Of a stretch of 64,000 nucleotides of DNA, positions 8,707-17,569 are shown one piece after another. Numbering within the stretch: position 1 is the stretch's first letter; each line of letters opens with the position of its first letter. This stretch comes from an uncultured Spirochaetaceae bacterium. Lineage in GTDB: Bacteria; Spirochaetota; Spirochaetia; DSM-27196; SLST01. Under the pieces are notes generated by a model. That model was not told the DNA's origin. It ran no database searches and was given only the letters and a program-made list of their open reading frames with translations. The stretch spans positions 32,356 through 96,355 of the forward strand of contig CAZICD010000002.1 of assembly GCA_964537725.1 (NCBI GenBank), given 5' to 3'. A program made the position numbers and the translations under genes.

Positions 8707-11132
8707 TGTCCGGAATCGAACGACTCTTCAAGGCGATGTTCCAGAACTCGTCGATCGGCATGGCGGTCATCCGAGCGGACGGCACCTTCGTGCTCTCCAA
8801 CCCTGCGTTCGACGAGCTCGCGCACCGCGATGCCACCCAGGAGCTCCCGGGGACGCTGTGGGAGCTCTTCGCCGACGACGACCGCGACCCGTCGCGCGAA
8901 CGCGTGGCCACGCTTACGCATCCGGGCGAGCGCTACAGCTGGCTCGTGCACGTGGAGAGCCGCCGACGCCCGGTCTACTGGCAGCTCGACGTCTCGGTCG
9001 TCAGCGGCAGCGACGCCGATCCCCTTCTGCTGGTCAACGCCCGCGACGTCACGCTCCAGAAGAATACCGAGCTACGGCTCAAGCGCGCGAAGGACGACGC
9101 CGAGCGAGCGACCAGGACGAAATCGGCGTTTCTCGCGAACATGAGCCACGAGATCCGCACTCCCATTCATACGATCACCGGGATGACCGAGCTCCTTCTC
9201 GACACCGACCTCGACGAGGAGCAGCACGAGTACGCCGACCAGGTCCGCTTCGCCGCCGAGGTCCTGCTCTACCTGATCAACGATATCCTCGACTTCTCCA
9301 AGATCGAGGCAGGCAAGCTCTCGCTGGAGACTATCGATTTCGGCCTCGTGGAGGTCGTCGAGGAGGCGGTCGACATGGTGAGCCTGCAGGCTCACAAGAA
9401 GGGGATCGAGGTCGTCCAGTGGACCGGCCCCGTGGTACCGGGAGTCGTGAAGGGTGACCCGGGGCGGTTGCGCCAGATCATCGTGAACCTCTTCAACAAC
9501 GCTGTGAAGTTCACCGCCGAAGGCGGGGAGATCCGGATCACCTCGCGTGTCATCGGCCGACCCGACCGGCGCACACGCGTGCGCTTCGAGGTCATCGACA
9601 CGGGCATCGGAATCCCGAAGGAGAACCTGAGCCGTCTGTTCCGCGCGTTTACCCAGGTCGACTCCTCGACGACGCGCAAGTTCGGCGGTACGGGCCTGGG
9701 CCTGTCCATCTCGCAGAGCCTCGTCACGATGATGGGCGGGGAGATAGGCGTGGAGAGCGTCTACCGCGAAGGATCCACCTTCTGGTTCGAGATCCCCTTC
9801 GAGGTCGTCGAGCCCGCCGAGCACGAAGAGCCCATCTGCGACGAACGCAGGGTGCTGCTCGTCGACGATAACGCCTCCTCGGTCGAGACGATCCGAGAGT
9901 ACGTCGAGCGGTGGGGCGGTTCGGTTGCGGTCGCGGGCGGTCCACGGGAGGCGATGGACCGGCTCCACGAGGCCGCCGCCGGCGGTTCACCGTTCGATCT
10001 CGCGCTCATCGACCTCGAGCTGCCGGGCATGGACGGGTGGCAGCTCGCGAGCGAGATCAACGCGGACAAGGAGATCAACGGCACGTCGCTCATACTCCTG
10101 AGCCCGACCGGCCTCATGGCCGGCGAGGCGAAGATGAAGCGGCTGATGTGGTTCAACGGCTACGCGCGCAAGCCGATCAGTCGGGGCGAGCTGCAGGAGG
10201 AGATCTCCAACGCTCTCGCCGCCGACCTGGAGCTGGCGACGGTCGAGGACGAAGAGGAACTCGAGGACGGCGAGCTCGTCGAGGAGGTCTCACCGGCTTC
10301 AGCGCGACTCGTCGTCGCCGAGGACCACATGGTGAACCAGACCCTGTTCAAGGCCATTCTCGAGCGACTCGGCCACCAGGTCTTCCTCGCGGCCGACGGC
10401 AGGGAGGCTGTTGAAGCGGTGGAGCGCGAAGAGCCGGACATGGTCTTCATGGACGTGCAGATGCCCGAGATGAACGGCTACGAGGCGACCGAAGCGGTGA
10501 GGAGGTCCGGCTATCGCGGGCCGATCGTCGCGGTCACCGCGAACGCGGTCAAGGGCGAACGCGAGAAGTGCATCGCAGCCGGCATGAACGACTTCCTCGC
10601 CAAGCCGTTCAAGCGGGACGATCTCGTGCCCCTGCTCGACAAGTGGGTGGGCGCACGGCTGCCTGCCGAGCCCACCCCCCCCGACAGCGCGCCGCAGGAG
10701 CGCGCGAGAGACGACGATGCCGCCGGCGATGAGGGTTTCGAGATTCCGGCCGACCTGATCGGGGGTGGGCTCAGCGACGGCGCCCGACCGGCGTTCGACT
10801 TCGAAGCCGCCGTGTCCAGGTTCGCCGGGAACGCGGACGTCGTACGGACGGTTGTCTCGCGCTTCGTCGACAAGTGCGCGTCGATCGAGGAGGAGTTGCG
10901 CGGCTACCTCGACGACGGTGACTACGCGACGCTGGAGCGGGAAGCCCACGGGTTGAAGGGCGGCGCCCGCAATCTGGAAGCGCTGCCGCTCGGCGATGCG
11001 GCGGCGTTCCTCGAGGCGTCGGCGAAGATGGAAGACGAGAGGCGGTGCCGTCACTACTTGGACGAGCTCCGCGCGCCGCTCGCCGAGTTCGTCAGCGCCG
11101 CCGAGGCTTCGGTGCAGCCGGCGGAGACCTGA
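8706..11132 (+). CDS. Hybrid sensor histidine kinase: PAS-like, HisKA, HATPase_c, REC, REC, HPt
   Basis: H-box FLANMSHEIRTPIHTI; N-box NLFNNAVKFT; G-boxes DTGIGIP and GGTGLGLSIS. Two receivers (LIDLELPGMDG, VFMDVQMPEMNG). C-terminal HPt REAHGLKGGARNL. ATG 8706 overlaps the regulator stop (TGATG). Confidence 0.9.
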   Translation: MSGIERLFKAMFQNSSIGMAVIRADGTFVLSNPAFDELAHRDATQELPGTLWELFADDDRDPSRERVATLTHPGERYSWLVHVESRRRPVYWQLDVSVVSGSDADPLLLVNARDVTLQKNTELRLKRAKDDAERATRTKSAFLANMSHEIRTPIHTITGMTELLLDTDLDEEQHEYADQVRFAAEVLLYLINDILDFSKIEAGKLSLETIDFGLVEVVEEAVDMVSLQAHKKGIEVVQWTGPVVPGVVKGDPGRLRQIIVNLFNNAVKFTAEGGEIRITSRVIGRPDRRTRVRFEVIDTGIGIPKENLSRLFRAFTQVDSSTTRKFGGTGLGLSISQSLVTMMGGEIGVESVYREGSTFWFEIPFEVVEPAEHEEPICDERRVLLVDDNASSVETIREYVERWGGSVAVAGGPREAMDRLHEAAAGGSPFDLALIDLELPGMDGWQLASEINADKEINGTSLILLSPTGLMAGEAKMKRLMWFNGYARKPISRGELQEEISNALAADLELATVEDEEELEDGELVEEVSPASARLVVAEDHMVNQTLFKAILERLGHQVFLAADGREAVEAVEREEPDMVFMDVQMPEMNGYEATEAVRRSGYRGPIVAVTANAVKGEREKCIAAGMNDFLAKPFKRDDLVPLLDKWVGARLPAEPTPPDSAPQERARDDDAAGDEGFEIPADLIGGGLSDGARPAFDFEAAVSRFAGNADVVRTVVSRFVDKCASIEEELRGYLDDGDYATLEREAHGLKGGARNLEALPLGDAAAFLEASAKMEDERRCRHYLDELRAPLAEFVSAAEASVQPAET

Positions 11133-11138
11133 ATGTCG

Positions 11139-11167
11139 TTGATCGGCAGAGGTCGCGCTGGTATTCT
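11139..11167 (+). promoter_or_regulatory. Candidate sigma70-type promoter placed for a leaderless K+ channel mRNA
   Basis: TTGATC-N17-TATTCT. The -10 hexamer ends 9 nt before ATG 11177, and no Shine-Dalgarno sequence lies between them. Confidence 0.4.
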
Positions 11168-11176
11168 GGCGTCACC

Positions 11177-12343
11177 ATGAAACGGCAGCTCGGCAGGTTT
11201 CTGCACCGCTACCGCAACTCACGCTACGCCCGGCCGGTCATCGTCACCGTTTTCTTCCTCGTCGCCGCCGGAGCGCTTTCGGTCTTCCTCGAGTCGAGGT
11301 CGAACGACCAGTTCCGCGACCTGATGGACGGCGTGTGGTGGACGATCGTCACCTTCACTACGACCGGCTACGGCGACAAGGTGCCACAGACCGTCGGCGG
11401 TCAGATCCTCGCGATCGTGACGATCTTCGTGGGCGTCGGAGCGATGAGCCTGCTCTCCGGTGCGCTTGCCTCGCTCTTCGTCGAACGAAACACCCGTGCA
11501 AGGAGAGGCCTGATGGACTTCAAGACCCTGGAAGGGCATCTGGTGATCTGCGGATGGCGCGAAGATATGAAGGACATCCTGCGCGACATCCTCCATACGT
11601 CGTCGGATCTCGACTCGGATCACCTCGTGATCGTGTCCAACGTGGAGCCGGAGAAGGTGCAGGAGCTCCAGGAGGAGGAGGATCTGCGCGGCCTGAAGTT
11701 CGTGCGCGGTGACTACCACTCGGAGCTCGCGCTGCAGCGCGCGAACATCCGTGGGGCGCGAAAGGTCGTCATCATCGCGGACACGCTCGAGAGCTCGTCG
11801 GTGAGCGAGGTCGACAGCAAGACGGTCATGGCCGTGCTGACCGTGAAGAGCCTCGCACGCGACGTCTACGTCACCGCCGAAATACTCGACCGCAAGTACG
11901 AGAGCTACCTCAAGCACGTGCAGTGCGACGAGATCCTCTTCAGCCGCGACTTTGCCCGGCAGATGATCGCGTCGAGCTCGGCGACAAACGGTCTCTCGCA
12001 CATCATCCACGAGCTCCTCGGACAGGGCGCCGCCGGATCGCGGCTCGTGACGCTCGCGATCCCGCAGACGTTCGTGAACAGGACGTACGGTGAGTACCGA
12101 CAGAGCCAGCCGGCAAGCGACGGCCGGAGGCTCCTGCTCGGCCTGTTGACGAACACCGGGTCGCCGAACGCGATGAAGATCGAGGCGCTGCGCGACGCGC
12201 AGAAGACGAGCGACGTCTCGCAGCTGATCGTGAACATGCAGAAGGTCAAGGGCCTCGAGGTCAACCAGCCCGTCCTCCTGCCGCCGGATGACTACGAGAT
12301 CCAGCGGCACTCGATGGCGATCGTGCTCGAGAGGGAGGTGTAG
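11177..12343 (+). CDS. Two-TM K+ channel with a cytoplasmic RCK/TrkA-N domain (MthK-like)
   Basis: Selectivity filter TFTTTGYGD between two hydrophobic helices. Rossmann-like RCK domain: GHLVICGWREDM...KVVIIADT. Start taken at ATG 11177 (MKRQLGRF...) rather than the track start at 11045, which overlaps the kinase gene. Confidence 0.85.
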   Translation: MKRQLGRFLHRYRNSRYARPVIVTVFFLVAAGALSVFLESRSNDQFRDLMDGVWWTIVTFTTTGYGDKVPQTVGGQILAIVTIFVGVGAMSLLSGALASLFVERNTRARRGLMDFKTLEGHLVICGWREDMKDILRDILHTSSDLDSDHLVIVSNVEPEKVQELQEEEDLRGLKFVRGDYHSELALQRANIRGARKVVIIADTLESSSVSEVDSKTVMAVLTVKSLARDVYVTAEILDRKYESYLKHVQCDEILFSRDFARQMIASSSATNGLSHIIHELLGQGAAGSRLVTLAIPQTFVNRTYGEYRQSQPASDGRRLLLGLLTNTGSPNAMKIEALRDAQKTSDVSQLIVNMQKVKGLEVNQPVLLPPDDYEIQRHSMAIVLEREV

Positions 12344-12835
12344 ATGGACACCTCCGTAACCGAGAAACTGAAGCAGATTCCGCTCTTCGCGGATATCCGC
12401 GAAAACCACGACTACATGGAGCGGCTGCAGACGATCTGCCGCGCCACGAGCGTACCGGCCGGCAAGGTCGTGATCAAGGAAGGAGAGCGGGGCTCGGAGA
12501 TGTACATCATGCTCTCCGGGCGCGTCGAGATCAGGAGGCGCACCCGCGCCGGCGACGACTACACGGTCGTCAAGCTGAGCGCGCAGGACAACGTTTTCTT
12601 CGGGGAGATGGCTCTGATCGACGACGACGTCCGCTCGGCGACGATCGTGGCGACCGAGGACTCCGACTTCCTCGTCGTCACCAAGCACGACTTCCTCGAC
12701 CTCGGCGACCGGTTCCCGCAGATCGCGCTGCCGGTCACGCGGGAGATCGCCAAGATCCTCGCGAGCCGGCTGCGCAAGACCACCGGCGATATGCTCACGA
12801 TATTCGACGCGCTCGTCACCGAGCTGCAGTCGTAG
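12344..12835 (+). CDS. Stand-alone cyclic-nucleotide-binding (CAP/Crp-type cNMP) domain protein
   Basis: The beta-roll and phosphate-binding cassette are present: FFGEMALIDDDVRSATIVA. The ATG follows the channel stop directly (TAGATG). Confidence 0.8.
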   Translation: MDTSVTEKLKQIPLFADIRENHDYMERLQTICRATSVPAGKVVIKEGERGSEMYIMLSGRVEIRRRTRAGDDYTVVKLSAQDNVFFGEMALIDDDVRSATIVATEDSDFLVVTKHDFLDLGDRFPQIALPVTREIAKILASRLRKTTGDMLTIFDALVTELQS

Positions 12836-14087
12836 CGCGGTCGGACGGCCGGTCCCCACGAAGCAGGCGACGCATCTCTCCATGGCACATCACGATCACC
12901 GCGAGCGCTCCCGTGGCCGCCGCAAGCGCGGCAAAGAGCGCCGCGTACCGCGGGCGAAGCGCTTCCACCACGAGACCGGAGACGAGATAGGCCGCCGGCA
13001 ACAGCACGGCGGTCAGCATTTCGAGCGTCGCAAAGACGCGACCTCTCATTCCCGCCTCGACCGTGTGCTGGATCCTGGTCACTCCGATCATGTACATCGT
13101 TCCGATCGCGCCGCCGGCGAGGAACATGACGAGCAGCAGGATTGGGACGAGCAGGGGCGTGGCGGCCGCGCTCGGAGAGGCGAGCAGACCGAGCGTGGAG
13201 ATGACCGCCGCGATGAGCGGGAGCGCTCCGCGGTAGAGTCGCGCCTCGACGGGCGGCGTGGTCCGCGCGCCGGAGAAGACCGCGAACCCGGCGATGCCGC
13301 CGGCGAGGACGGCCGCGAAGAGGTAGCCGAAGAACTCCGTCGGCAGCCGCCAGACCTGCGAGATGGCGAACGGGAGCGCGACGACGAGCGGGGGCAGTAA
13401 CAGATTCGTCGCCGCCTGGACGAGCACGAGCGCGCGGATGCCGCGGTCCCGTAACAGCAGATCGATCCCGGCGCGGACGCGCGTTCCGAGCGGCTCCCGC
13501 GCCGGCGGTCGGCGCGGGCGTGCCCTGATCGCCGTCTCGGAGATACCGGAGAGAAGAAACGACACCCCGTTCAGCAGGATGAGAACCGGGGCGCCGAGCG
13601 CCACGTAGAGCGCTCCGCCCAGCGCGCTCCCGCCCATGTTCGCGATCTGGGTGAGGGCGCTTCGCAGCCCGTTCGCCCGCTTGAGGCGACGCGTCTCCAC
13701 GAGGTCGGGTAGCAGCGCGTGAACGGCGGGCACGAAGGCGACACCCGCGAGGCTGACTACCATCGTCGCCGCGATGAGCAGCCAGTAGGGCAGCCTCCCG
13801 AGGGTGAGTCCGACCGCCGCGGTGGCGAGCATCACGATCCCGCGCGCGATATCCGACCAGACGATCGTGCGCCTGCGGCTCCAGCTGTCGACGGCGGCCC
13901 CGGCTACCGGGCCCAGGACGGCCGCCGGCAGGTACGAAACGAACTGGATGATTCCCAGCGCCTGCGGAGAGTCGGTGAGCTCGGCGAGGTAGAGCACGAG
14001 CGTCACAACGTAGATGCTGCTGCCGAACGTTGATACAATGTGCCCGGCGAGCAGGAGGGAGAACCCCCGCGGCTTGCGACTCACCAT
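12816..14087 (-). CDS. MFS transporter (EntS/DUF894-like)
   Basis: About 12 predicted hydrophobic helices. N-terminal FSLLLAGHIVSTFGSSIY...VDSWSRRRT pattern is typical of the MFS_3 group. Confidence 0.8.
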   Translation of the reverse strand: MVSRKPRGFSLLLAGHIVSTFGSSIYVVTLVLYLAELTDSPQALGIIQFVSYLPAAVLGPVAGAAVDSWSRRRTIVWSDIARGIVMLATAAVGLTLGRLPYWLLIAATMVVSLAGVAFVPAVHALLPDLVETRRLKRANGLRSALTQIANMGGSALGGALYVALGAPVLILLNGVSFLLSGISETAIRARPRRPPAREPLGTRVRAGIDLLLRDRGIRALVLVQAATNLLLPPLVVALPFAISQVWRLPTEFFGYLFAAVLAGGIAGFAVFSGARTTPPVEARLYRGALPLIAAVISTLGLLASPSAAATPLLVPILLLVMFLAGGAIGTMYMIGVTRIQHTVEAGMRGRVFATLEMLTAVLLPAAYLVSGLVVEALRPRYAALFAALAAATGALAVIVMCHGEMRRLLRGDRPSDRATTAAR

Positions 14088-14128
14088 GAAAGGATAAGGA
14101 GTTCGGTATCAGACGAGCAACCTCGGAC

Positions 14129-14989
14129 GTGGGATCGTACTACAACCGCAACACCCGCAGGTTCCTGCTCTCCGGGCACGGCGGCCGCCAGCTCGCCATT
14201 CACCGCGCCGTCTGGGGCCCGGGTGTCGCTTCGCGCGATCGCGCGATCGAGTACGTGAACGACCTGATCCTCGGCGAGCTCGAGAGCATGCGACCACCGG
14301 CGGATACGGCGACGCGGGTCGCGGATCTGGGGTGCGGTGTCGGCGGGAGCATGATCTACCTGCGCCGCAGGATGGATGCACGTTTCGTGGGTGCGACGAT
14401 CAGCGCCGTCCAGGCCGATCTTGCCCGCGCCTACGTTCGGGAACGGGGTCTGTCGGGCATAGACGTGGCGGAGGCCGACTTCACTTCGGATGAGTTCTGG
14501 GCGGCCTACGACGGACAACCGTTCGACGCGGTATTTGCCGTCGAGTCCTTCGTGCACGTCCCCGAGCTTCGCTCGAACCTGCCGGCCATCGCGCGCAGGC
14601 TGCGCCGCGGTGGGCGGCTCATCGTCGTCGACGATATGATATCGCGCGAGGCCGCGCGACGTTGGCCGGACCGACGCGAACGGAGGTGGCTGCGCGAGTT
14701 CGAGAAGGGCTGGTACGCCCACGGACTCGGGAGTCTCGAGCAGCTCGCGGCGGCAGCCTCTCAGGCCGGGCTCGTCCTCGACGAGGTACGCGATCTCACC
14801 GCGTACCTGGAGCTCGATCGCCCACGGGATATGGTCGCGCGTGCGTTCATCTCCGGCCTGCGATGGCTGCCGCTTCGGCCGGCCTGGTTCGACAATCTCC
14901 TGGGCGGTAACGCGCTGCAGCTTGCGCTCAAGCGTCGACTCTTCGGCTACTACTACGTCGTCTTCACCGCTCGCGAAGCTCCGGCGTAG
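14129..14989 (+). CDS. Class I SAM-dependent methyltransferase
   Basis: SAM motif I VADLGCGVGGS, a post-I acidic residue, and a later FAVESFVHVP...GGRLIVVD region. The start is uncertain: a strong AAGGAG at 14096-14101 lies 27 nt upstream of GTG 14129. Confidence 0.75.
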   Translation: MGSYYNRNTRRFLLSGHGGRQLAIHRAVWGPGVASRDRAIEYVNDLILGELESMRPPADTATRVADLGCGVGGSMIYLRRRMDARFVGATISAVQADLARAYVRERGLSGIDVAEADFTSDEFWAAYDGQPFDAVFAVESFVHVPELRSNLPAIARRLRRGGRLIVVDDMISREAARRWPDRRERRWLREFEKGWYAHGLGSLEQLAAAASQAGLVLDEVRDLTAYLELDRPRDMVARAFISGLRWLPLRPAWFDNLLGGNALQLALKRRLFGYYYVVFTAREAPA

Positions 14990-16406
14990 CGAGGTCGCTG
15001 CGCAGCGCGTAGACGTCGCCCGAAGCGCCGTGTACGGGCATCGCCCGCAGTCGCTCGGCCATCTCTTCGGCGGACAACCACCGGTCGCACGCGAAGCGCA
15101 TCGTTTCGACCATGGAGTAGGCGAACCGGTAGTCGCCGAGATTGGCGACCTCCCGGAGGCTCTGGAGCGCCGGCTCCATCGACGCGGGCAGGAACTCGAA
15201 GGAGATCGCCCCGACCGCGCGGCTGAGACCGGCGAGGACGTCCGGCTCGAAGCCCTCCACATCGATCTTGACGAAGGCAGGTTCGCCGTAGCTCTCTATG
15301 AGCGCGTCCAGCGTCGTCGTTCGCACCTGGATCTGTCGCTCCCAGCCGATGCCCTGTTCCGCGTAGTTCCGATCGATCGCTTCGGTCCACGCCCGGGAGA
15401 GCGTGGAAAGCGTCGGATGCTCGGCCGACACGTGCAGCGTCGCGCGGCTTTCGGAGGAGCCGCAGGCCGCGTCGACGATGCGCACCTCCGGGTCATCGCC
15501 GTAGAGCCGTTCGAGGAGCGCCACGCAGTGGGGTTGCGGCTCCACCGCAACCACGCGCGCTCCGAGCGCGCGCAGCGGCGCGATACGGTTTCCGACGTGC
15601 GCCCCCACGTCGAATACCAGGTCGTGAGGGCCGACGAAGCGGCGGTAGAAGCGACGGATCGCGAACTGGCGGAACGGTACCCCGTAGTAGATCACGATCG
15701 ACCTCAGAAGACCGCGCCGCAGCGCGCGGTCGCCCCGGCGGACGTCCCGCGCTCTCACGCGCAGCACCGCCTCCCACCCGAACGAGACGCCAAGCAGCGC
15801 GACCGCGACCGCGGCTGCCGCGAGGCGCAGCGTATGGAGATCGCCGCCGATCCTCAACGGCACGGCCGCGGCTATCAGGAGCAACGCGGCTGCCGCGCAC
15901 GCAGTCTTCGCGAAGAGCGAAAAGCCACGCGGGAAACGAGGCTCGGGGAGCGCGAGAAAGGGCAGCGCGGCGGCGTATCGAACGATCCCGGCGAGCGCGA
16001 CCCACGAGGGAAGGTCGAACCAGTCGACGAGGACGAGCGAGAGCGCGAGGATGAACAGCGCATCGGTCTCCATGTCCAGCCGGGCGCCGAAAGCGGTCGA
16101 GCCCATCCTGCGCGCGAGAAGCCCGTCGAGGTAGTCGCTCAGCTCGGCGACTACCGCCGCGAGGAACACGGTCGCGACCATGGCCGCCGAGGCGTCGCGA
16201 ACCGAGAGCAGCGCCAGCATGGCGATCGCGACCACGAGCCGGACAGAGGTGAGGAGATTCGGCGCCCGCCACGCGCCGCGCCCCGCCGCCGCAAACAGCC
16301 ACGCGAACGCCACGGCGGCCTCGACTGCGAGCAGCGTGGCGGTCACAGCCGGGTCGCCGCCGGCGAGGTGCAGCGTCACCAGCACGACCACCGCAAGCGA
16401 GTGCAT
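14964..16406 (-). CDS. Fusion: CDP-alcohol phosphatidyltransferase (N-terminal, membrane) + FkbM-family methyltransferase (C-terminal)
   Basis: The CDP-alcohol PT signature D-G-x2-A-R-x8-G-x3-D-x3-D is seen as DYLDGLLARRMGSTAFGARLDMETDAL, within hydrophobic helices. FkbM-like part: VFDVGAHVGN...VVAVEPQP...FVKIDVEGFEPDVL. Start taken at ATG 16406 (MHSLAVV...), 11 nt after the GT4 stop. Confidence 0.75.
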   Translation of the reverse strand: MHSLAVVVLVTLHLAGGDPAVTATLLAVEAAVAFAWLFAAAGRGAWRAPNLLTSVRLVVAIAMLALLSVRDASAAMVATVFLAAVVAELSDYLDGLLARRMGSTAFGARLDMETDALFILALSLVLVDWFDLPSWVALAGIVRYAAALPFLALPEPRFPRGFSLFAKTACAAAALLLIAAAVPLRIGGDLHTLRLAAAAVAVALLGVSFGWEAVLRVRARDVRRGDRALRRGLLRSIVIYYGVPFRQFAIRRFYRRFVGPHDLVFDVGAHVGNRIAPLRALGARVVAVEPQPHCVALLERLYGDDPEVRIVDAACGSSESRATLHVSAEHPTLSTLSRAWTEAIDRNYAEQGIGWERQIQVRTTTLDALIESYGEPAFVKIDVEGFEPDVLAGLSRAVGAISFEFLPASMEPALQSLREVANLGDYRFAYSMVETMRFACDRWLSAEEMAERLRAMPVHGASGDVYALRSDLATPELRER

Positions 16407-16417
16407 CGCGAGCCAGA

Positions 16418-17569
16418 TCAACGGTGCGGTCCTCCGGGCTCGCACCCGGCGGTGCGTTCGTCCGACCACGTCGCGCGCATCCGGTCGACCGCCGCGGTGA
16501 AGCGCGAGCGGACCGTGGACCAGTGGGGCAGCCCCGCTCCGCGCACGGCCGGGCTCGCGCCGGACGACGGCGTCGCCGCGTGTCGACCGGGCGCCTTCCC
16601 ACGGCTGATGGTGGTGCGAATCGCGTCGGCCAGCAGATCGGTCCGGCCCGCCGGGACAAGGAGCGCGGTTTCGTCGACGGCCTCCGGTACGGCGGCGCAA
16701 CGGTAGCCGACGACGGTGACACCGTGCGAGATCGCCTCCGCGTACACGATCCCGTAGCTTTCCATCAGCGACGGCAGAAGGAAGAGGCCGGCCCGGCGGT
16801 AGTAGGCGTGGAGCTCATCCGGATGCATCGGCTCCAGGAGCTCGACCCGGTGGTTGAGTCCGGCACCGCTGATGCGGTCCAGGACGGCCCGGACGTAGTC
16901 GCCGTTCGCGTCGTGGGTTCCGATGATCGTCCAGCTCCATTCCAGGTCTGCGAGTCCGGCGAGCGCCTGAGCTGCGTGCGCGATCGCCTTCGCCGGGCTC
17001 CAGTTCGCGACGGTGAGGATCATCGGCACCCCGGCACCGGTGCGCAATGAGTCGGTTTCAGAGGCGGGCCCGGCGGGCGTGCTCCCGCGGGTCGGATCGC
17101 GGCCGTCGCATACGGGAGCCGGCGGGATCACCGCGATGCGATCCTGCCCGAGACCGCGCCGGTTGAGCGCGCCGGCCATGAAGGCGCTCGGAGCCACCGC
17201 GCCGGCGCAGAGAGGAAGAAAGACACGCTCGCGCGCGAGCCACACCAGGCGGGTCGGTGCGTCCTCACCGGGGATGAGACTCGGCAGGCTGTGCGCGAGG
17301 AGAATCACCGGTATCCTGCGCGCCGTCCGGATGAGGGCATCGGCCTGTTCGGAGTCGAAGAGGAAGAGCGAGTCGACGATCGCCGTGTCGGACGCTTCGA
17401 GCGCGTCCAGCTCGTCGACGAGCTCGTCGGTCGTTGCGACCTCGGCTACCGCGTGCGCGCCGGATGCGAAGAGCCGCTCGTTGACGAGAAAGCCGCCGCT
17501 CAGGCGCCCGCCGGGTGCAGGGAGGACGGCGAGGGTACGTGCCCGATCTGCGGAGCCGGGTCGTCTCAT
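16418..17569 (-). CDS. GT4-family (GT-B) glycosyltransferase
   Basis: C-terminal GT-B donor-binding region LFLLPSLMESYGIVYAEAISHGVTVVGYRCAAVPEAV (E-x7-E type). ATG 17569 overlaps the PTPS-like stop (ATGA). Confidence 0.8.
   Translation of the reverse strand: MRRPGSADRARTLAVLPAPGGRLSGGFLVNERLFASGAHAVAEVATTDELVDELDALEASDTAIVDSLFLFDSEQADALIRTARRIPVILLAHSLPSLIPGEDAPTRLVWLARERVFLPLCAGAVAPSAFMAGALNRRGLGQDRIAVIPPAPVCDGRDPTRGSTPAGPASETDSLRTGAGVPMILTVANWSPAKAIAHAAQALAGLADLEWSWTIIGTHDANGDYVRAVLDRISGAGLNHRVELLEPMHPDELHAYYRRAGLFLLPSLMESYGIVYAEAISHGVTVVGYRCAAVPEAVDETALLVPAGRTDLLADAIRTTISRGKAPGRHAATPSSGASPAVRGAGLPHWSTVRSRFTAAVDRMRATWSDERTAGCEPGGPHR

Noticed and set aside
7444-12835. Lower-GC genes as possible horizontally acquired islands: the response regulator, K+ channel and cNMP genes here, and add at 38514-39737
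   Set aside because: My hand counts of sample 60-nt lines gave about 52-60% GC in these genes, against about 67-72% in neighbours. But they have no flanking tRNA, integrase, direct repeats or broken synteny signals, and they are translationally coupled to normal-GC neighbours. Amino-acid composition (Lys/Ile/Asn/Phe-rich conserved folds) explains the dip adequately.
11219-12883. 554-aa minus-strand ORF opposite the K+ channel and cNMP genes
   Set aside because: It is antisense to genes with the TTTGYGD filter and cNMP cassette, and its composition is shadow-type.
14096-14131. Possible ATC start codon for the methyltransferase, 6 nt after a strong AAGGAG
   Set aside because: The spacing is attractive and it echoes the ATC seen at the HAD gene. 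But ATC initiation is very rare, and the AAGGAG is also the reverse complement of the sequence directly upstream of the divergent MFS start. The evidence is too thin to call, so I kept GTG 14129.
14841-16722. 621-aa plus-strand ORF (14841-16706) and 409-aa minus-strand off-frame ORF (15493-16722)
   Set aside because: They overlap the CDP-AP::FkbM gene, whose frame alone carries recognisable motifs. The others are Arg-rich shadows.
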